Shown: piece by piece, positions 62,098 to 64,000 of the stretch | Layout of the letters: every line of letters begins with the position of its first letter | Position numbering within the stretch: position 1 is the first letter of the stretch | Notes under the pieces: generated by a model | Databases searched by the model: none | Told to the model about the DNA's origin: nothing | What the model saw: the letters and a program-made list of their open reading frames with translations, nothing else | Program-made: the position numbers and the translations under genes | NCBI GenBank assembly: GCA_964468985.1 | Contig: CAYXXE010000001.1 | Span: 4,581 to 68,580, forward strand | Reading direction: 5' to 3' | DNA: 64,000 bases | Origin: an uncultured Gaiellales bacterium | GTDB taxonomy: Bacteria > Actinomycetota > Thermoleophilia > Gaiellales > Gaiellaceae

Positions 62098-63152
62098 CAT
62101 GCCGGGAGTGTCGCGTCGACAGCTTGTGGTCGTCACGAAGTACAGGCTGTGGAGGGCGCCAAGCCGATCCTGGTCGATGAGTGGCAACGGCTGCCATCGT
62201 CGTGGAATGTGATCCGGCGGGCCGTCGACGATCCTCGCACCCCCGGGCGGTTCGTTCCTGCTGACCGGCTCGGCGTCTGCGCGGGCGGGGGCCGGTCTGC
62301 TTTCCGGGGCCGGCCGGATCGTTTCGGTGAGGATGCGTCCGCTGACGCTGTCCGAACGCGGTGTCACGACCCCCTCGGTCAGCCTCGCCGCCCTTCTTTG
62401 CTGCGGCAGGACGGCGATCACCTGTGAGACGTCGGTGCGTCTCGACGGCTACGTCGACAAGATCCTGGCGTCGGGGTTCCCTGGCCTGCGCAGGCTCGCC
62501 CGCCGGCCGCTGCGGGCACAACTCGACGGCTACATCGACCGGATCGTCGAGCGGGAGTTCCCGCAGTTCGGCGTGAAACATCCGCAACCCGGCCGCGCTC
62601 CGGCGCTGGCTCACCGCCTACGCCGCCGCCGTCTCGACGACGACGTCGTACGAGAAGATCCGGGATGCTGCGAGCGGCGGCGAGAACGAGAAGCCGACAA
62701 AGGACACCGCCGGTGTCTATCGGGACGCGCTCGAACGACTGTGGATCCTCGACCCGGTGCCGGCCTGGGCGCGCACTCACAGCCACCTGCGACGCTTGTC
62801 GTCCCCGCCGAAGCACCAACTCGCCGACCCGGCGCTCGCAGCCAGACTGCTCGGCATCGGCGCCGGCGCGCTGCTCCAACAGGAGAACGTCCCGGTCGGG
62901 CCCGCCGTTCCGTGCGACGGCACCCTCCTCGGCGGTCTCTTCGAGTCGCTCGTCACTCTTGACGTTCGCGTCTACGCGCAGGCTGCCGAGGCTCGCGTCG
63001 GCCATCTACGCACCGCCGCCGGCGAACACGAGATCGACCTGATCGTCGAACGCGGCGACGTCATCGACGTGGTCGTGATCGGCACCGACCCCTACGCGTA
63101 CCGACGCGAAGACGGCATCGCCGTGGTGCCGGCAGCCCTGCTCGGCCCATAG
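62098..63152 (+). pseudogene. degraded AAA (AAA_14) + DUF4143 ATPase gene: 5-prime truncated, at least two frameshifts, shortened C-terminus
   Basis: Family-typical segments lie in three frames. Frame 1: ILVDEWQRLPSSWNVIRRAVDDPRTPGRF. Frame 2: FLLTGSAS...GRIVSVRMRPLTLSERGV...DGYIDRIVEREF. Frame 0: RNPAALRRWLTAYAAAV...HQLADPALAARLLG...GEHEIDLIVERGD. No Walker A part is recognisable upstream. Confidence 0.7.
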
Positions 63153-63381
63153 AACTCGATCCTTATACCCGTGGCGGCTGAGGTTATGGATCATGATTTA
63201 TGGGCGAATCACCCGGTCGACCCTCTCCTTCACAGAGACTGGGGTCAACATGCGGGCGCTCAGCGTCTCCCTGCGGAACAAACGCACACACAGACGGACT
63301 GCCAGTGCGCGGTGCAGCCGTCGGCGGAGCACCACTGGAGCATGTCCCACCCAGATAGCTCGCGGCGGCAGAGGCCGCAGT

Positions 63382-64000
63382 TCAGCCGCGCGAGGCGACG
63401 ATCCGAAGGCGGTCGATCCCGGGAAAGATGCTCGAAGAGAGGCGGTGGACGTCCCGCACCTCGACCGGCCGGATCGCCGGCAAGAGCTCCTCGAACATGA
63501 CGCGAGCCTCGAGCCGGGCCAGCGGTGCTCCGATGCAGAAGTGCCGGCCGAAGCCGAAGCCGAGGTGCGGATTCGGTGAGCGTCCGATATCGAAATGGCC
63601 CGGGTTTGCGAAGGCCTGTTCGTCGCGATTTGCCGATACGAAGAAGAGCGCAACCTTGCTTCGTGCGGGTATCGCTGTGCCCTCGATGGTCACGTCGAGG
63701 CGTGCCCGACGGGCGAGGTACATGACCTGTGGAACGTACCGGATCATCTCCTCGATGGCGGTGGGGAGCAGGTCGGGGTTGCCGTGCAGAGCCGTCCAGG
63801 CAGCCGGGTGCCGGACGAGCTCGAGTAGGCCGCCGGAGATCAGGTTGCTCGTCGTGTCCTGGCCGCCGGTCATCAGGGTGCGCAGGTTGCCGAAGAACTC
63901 GACGTCGTCCAGCGGTTCGCCGTCGATCCGCGCGTGCGCGAGGCGTGTGACGATGTCGTCCTGCGGCTCCTCGAGGCGGCGGGCGCGGAGCCAGGAGAAG
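63382..64000 (-). CDS. cytochrome P450, C-terminal ~205 codons (gene continues beyond the right edge)
   Basis: FGFGRHFCIGAPLA is the heme-thiolate loop, and LMTGGQDTTSN is the I-helix (A/G)GxxTT motif. The frame stays open to the window end. Confidence 0.88.
   Translation of the reverse strand, partial: FSWLRARRLEEPQDDIVTRLAHARIDGEPLDDVEFFGNLRTLMTGGQDTTSNLISGGLLELVRHPAAWTALHGNPDLLPTAIEEMIRYVPQVMYLARRARLDVTIEGTAIPARSKVALFFVSANRDEQAFANPGHFDIGRSPNPHLGFGFGRHFCIGAPLARLEARVMFEELLPAIRPVEVRDVHRLSSSIFPGIDRLRIVASRG

Noticed and set aside
1-64000. CRISPR arrays, rRNA genes, IS elements, transposases, integrases, toxin-antitoxin pairs, prophage genes
   Set aside because: I saw no spaced direct repeats, no rRNA-like stretches and no DDE, tyrosine- or serine-recombinase motifs in any listed ORF. 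Absence was judged by eye only.

Overview
High-GC, very gene-dense bacterial chromosomal segment with Actinomycetota-like gene content. GTG/TTG starts are frequent, and most operon junctions have ATGA/GTGA/TTGA start-stop overlaps. I call 59 protein-coding genes (one is a low-confidence small ORF) plus one pseudogene. Bases 1-35.5 kb form one large acyl-CoA catabolic supercluster. It holds 5 acyl-CoA dehydrogenases, 3 crotonases, 4 SDRs (two of the long MFE-2/Hsd4A type) and a MaoC double-hotdog hydratase. It has 4 thiolase-fold proteins: one classical, two SCP-x/Ltp type, and one HMG-CoA-synthase-like protein that looks catalytically dead and is fused to DUF35. It also has a stand-alone DUF35, two family-III CoA-transferases (one alpha-methylacyl-CoA-racemase-like), an acyl-CoA ligase, an APH-fold kinase, a hotdog thioesterase, an aldehyde dehydrogenase, an LLM oxidoreductase, a Liv-type ABC importer and a single TetR regulator. 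Eight promoter regions of this supercluster carry the same CAAAC-N4-GTTTG palindrome. Bases 35.7-59.5 kb hold two carbohydrate/small-molecule loci built around Dpp/Opp-type ABC importers. One combines GntR, a ROK-like kinase and a bicupin with an enolase-superfamily dehydratase. The other combines LacI, DUF1355, a PfkB kinase and a ureohydrolase. Bases 59.5-63.4 kb are the only loosely packed part. They contain 688 nt without a credible ORF but with a tRNA 3-prime-half-like fragment, an orphan secreted Cys-rich/Ig-like/YD-like-repeat protein, and a frameshifted AAA/DUF4143 ATPase pseudogene. A cytochrome P450 gene runs off the right edge. I recognised no rRNA, intact tRNA, CRISPR array, transposase or integrase. 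All functional calls rest on motif recognition by eye in the supplied translations and on reading the DNA. No database search or computation was possible.
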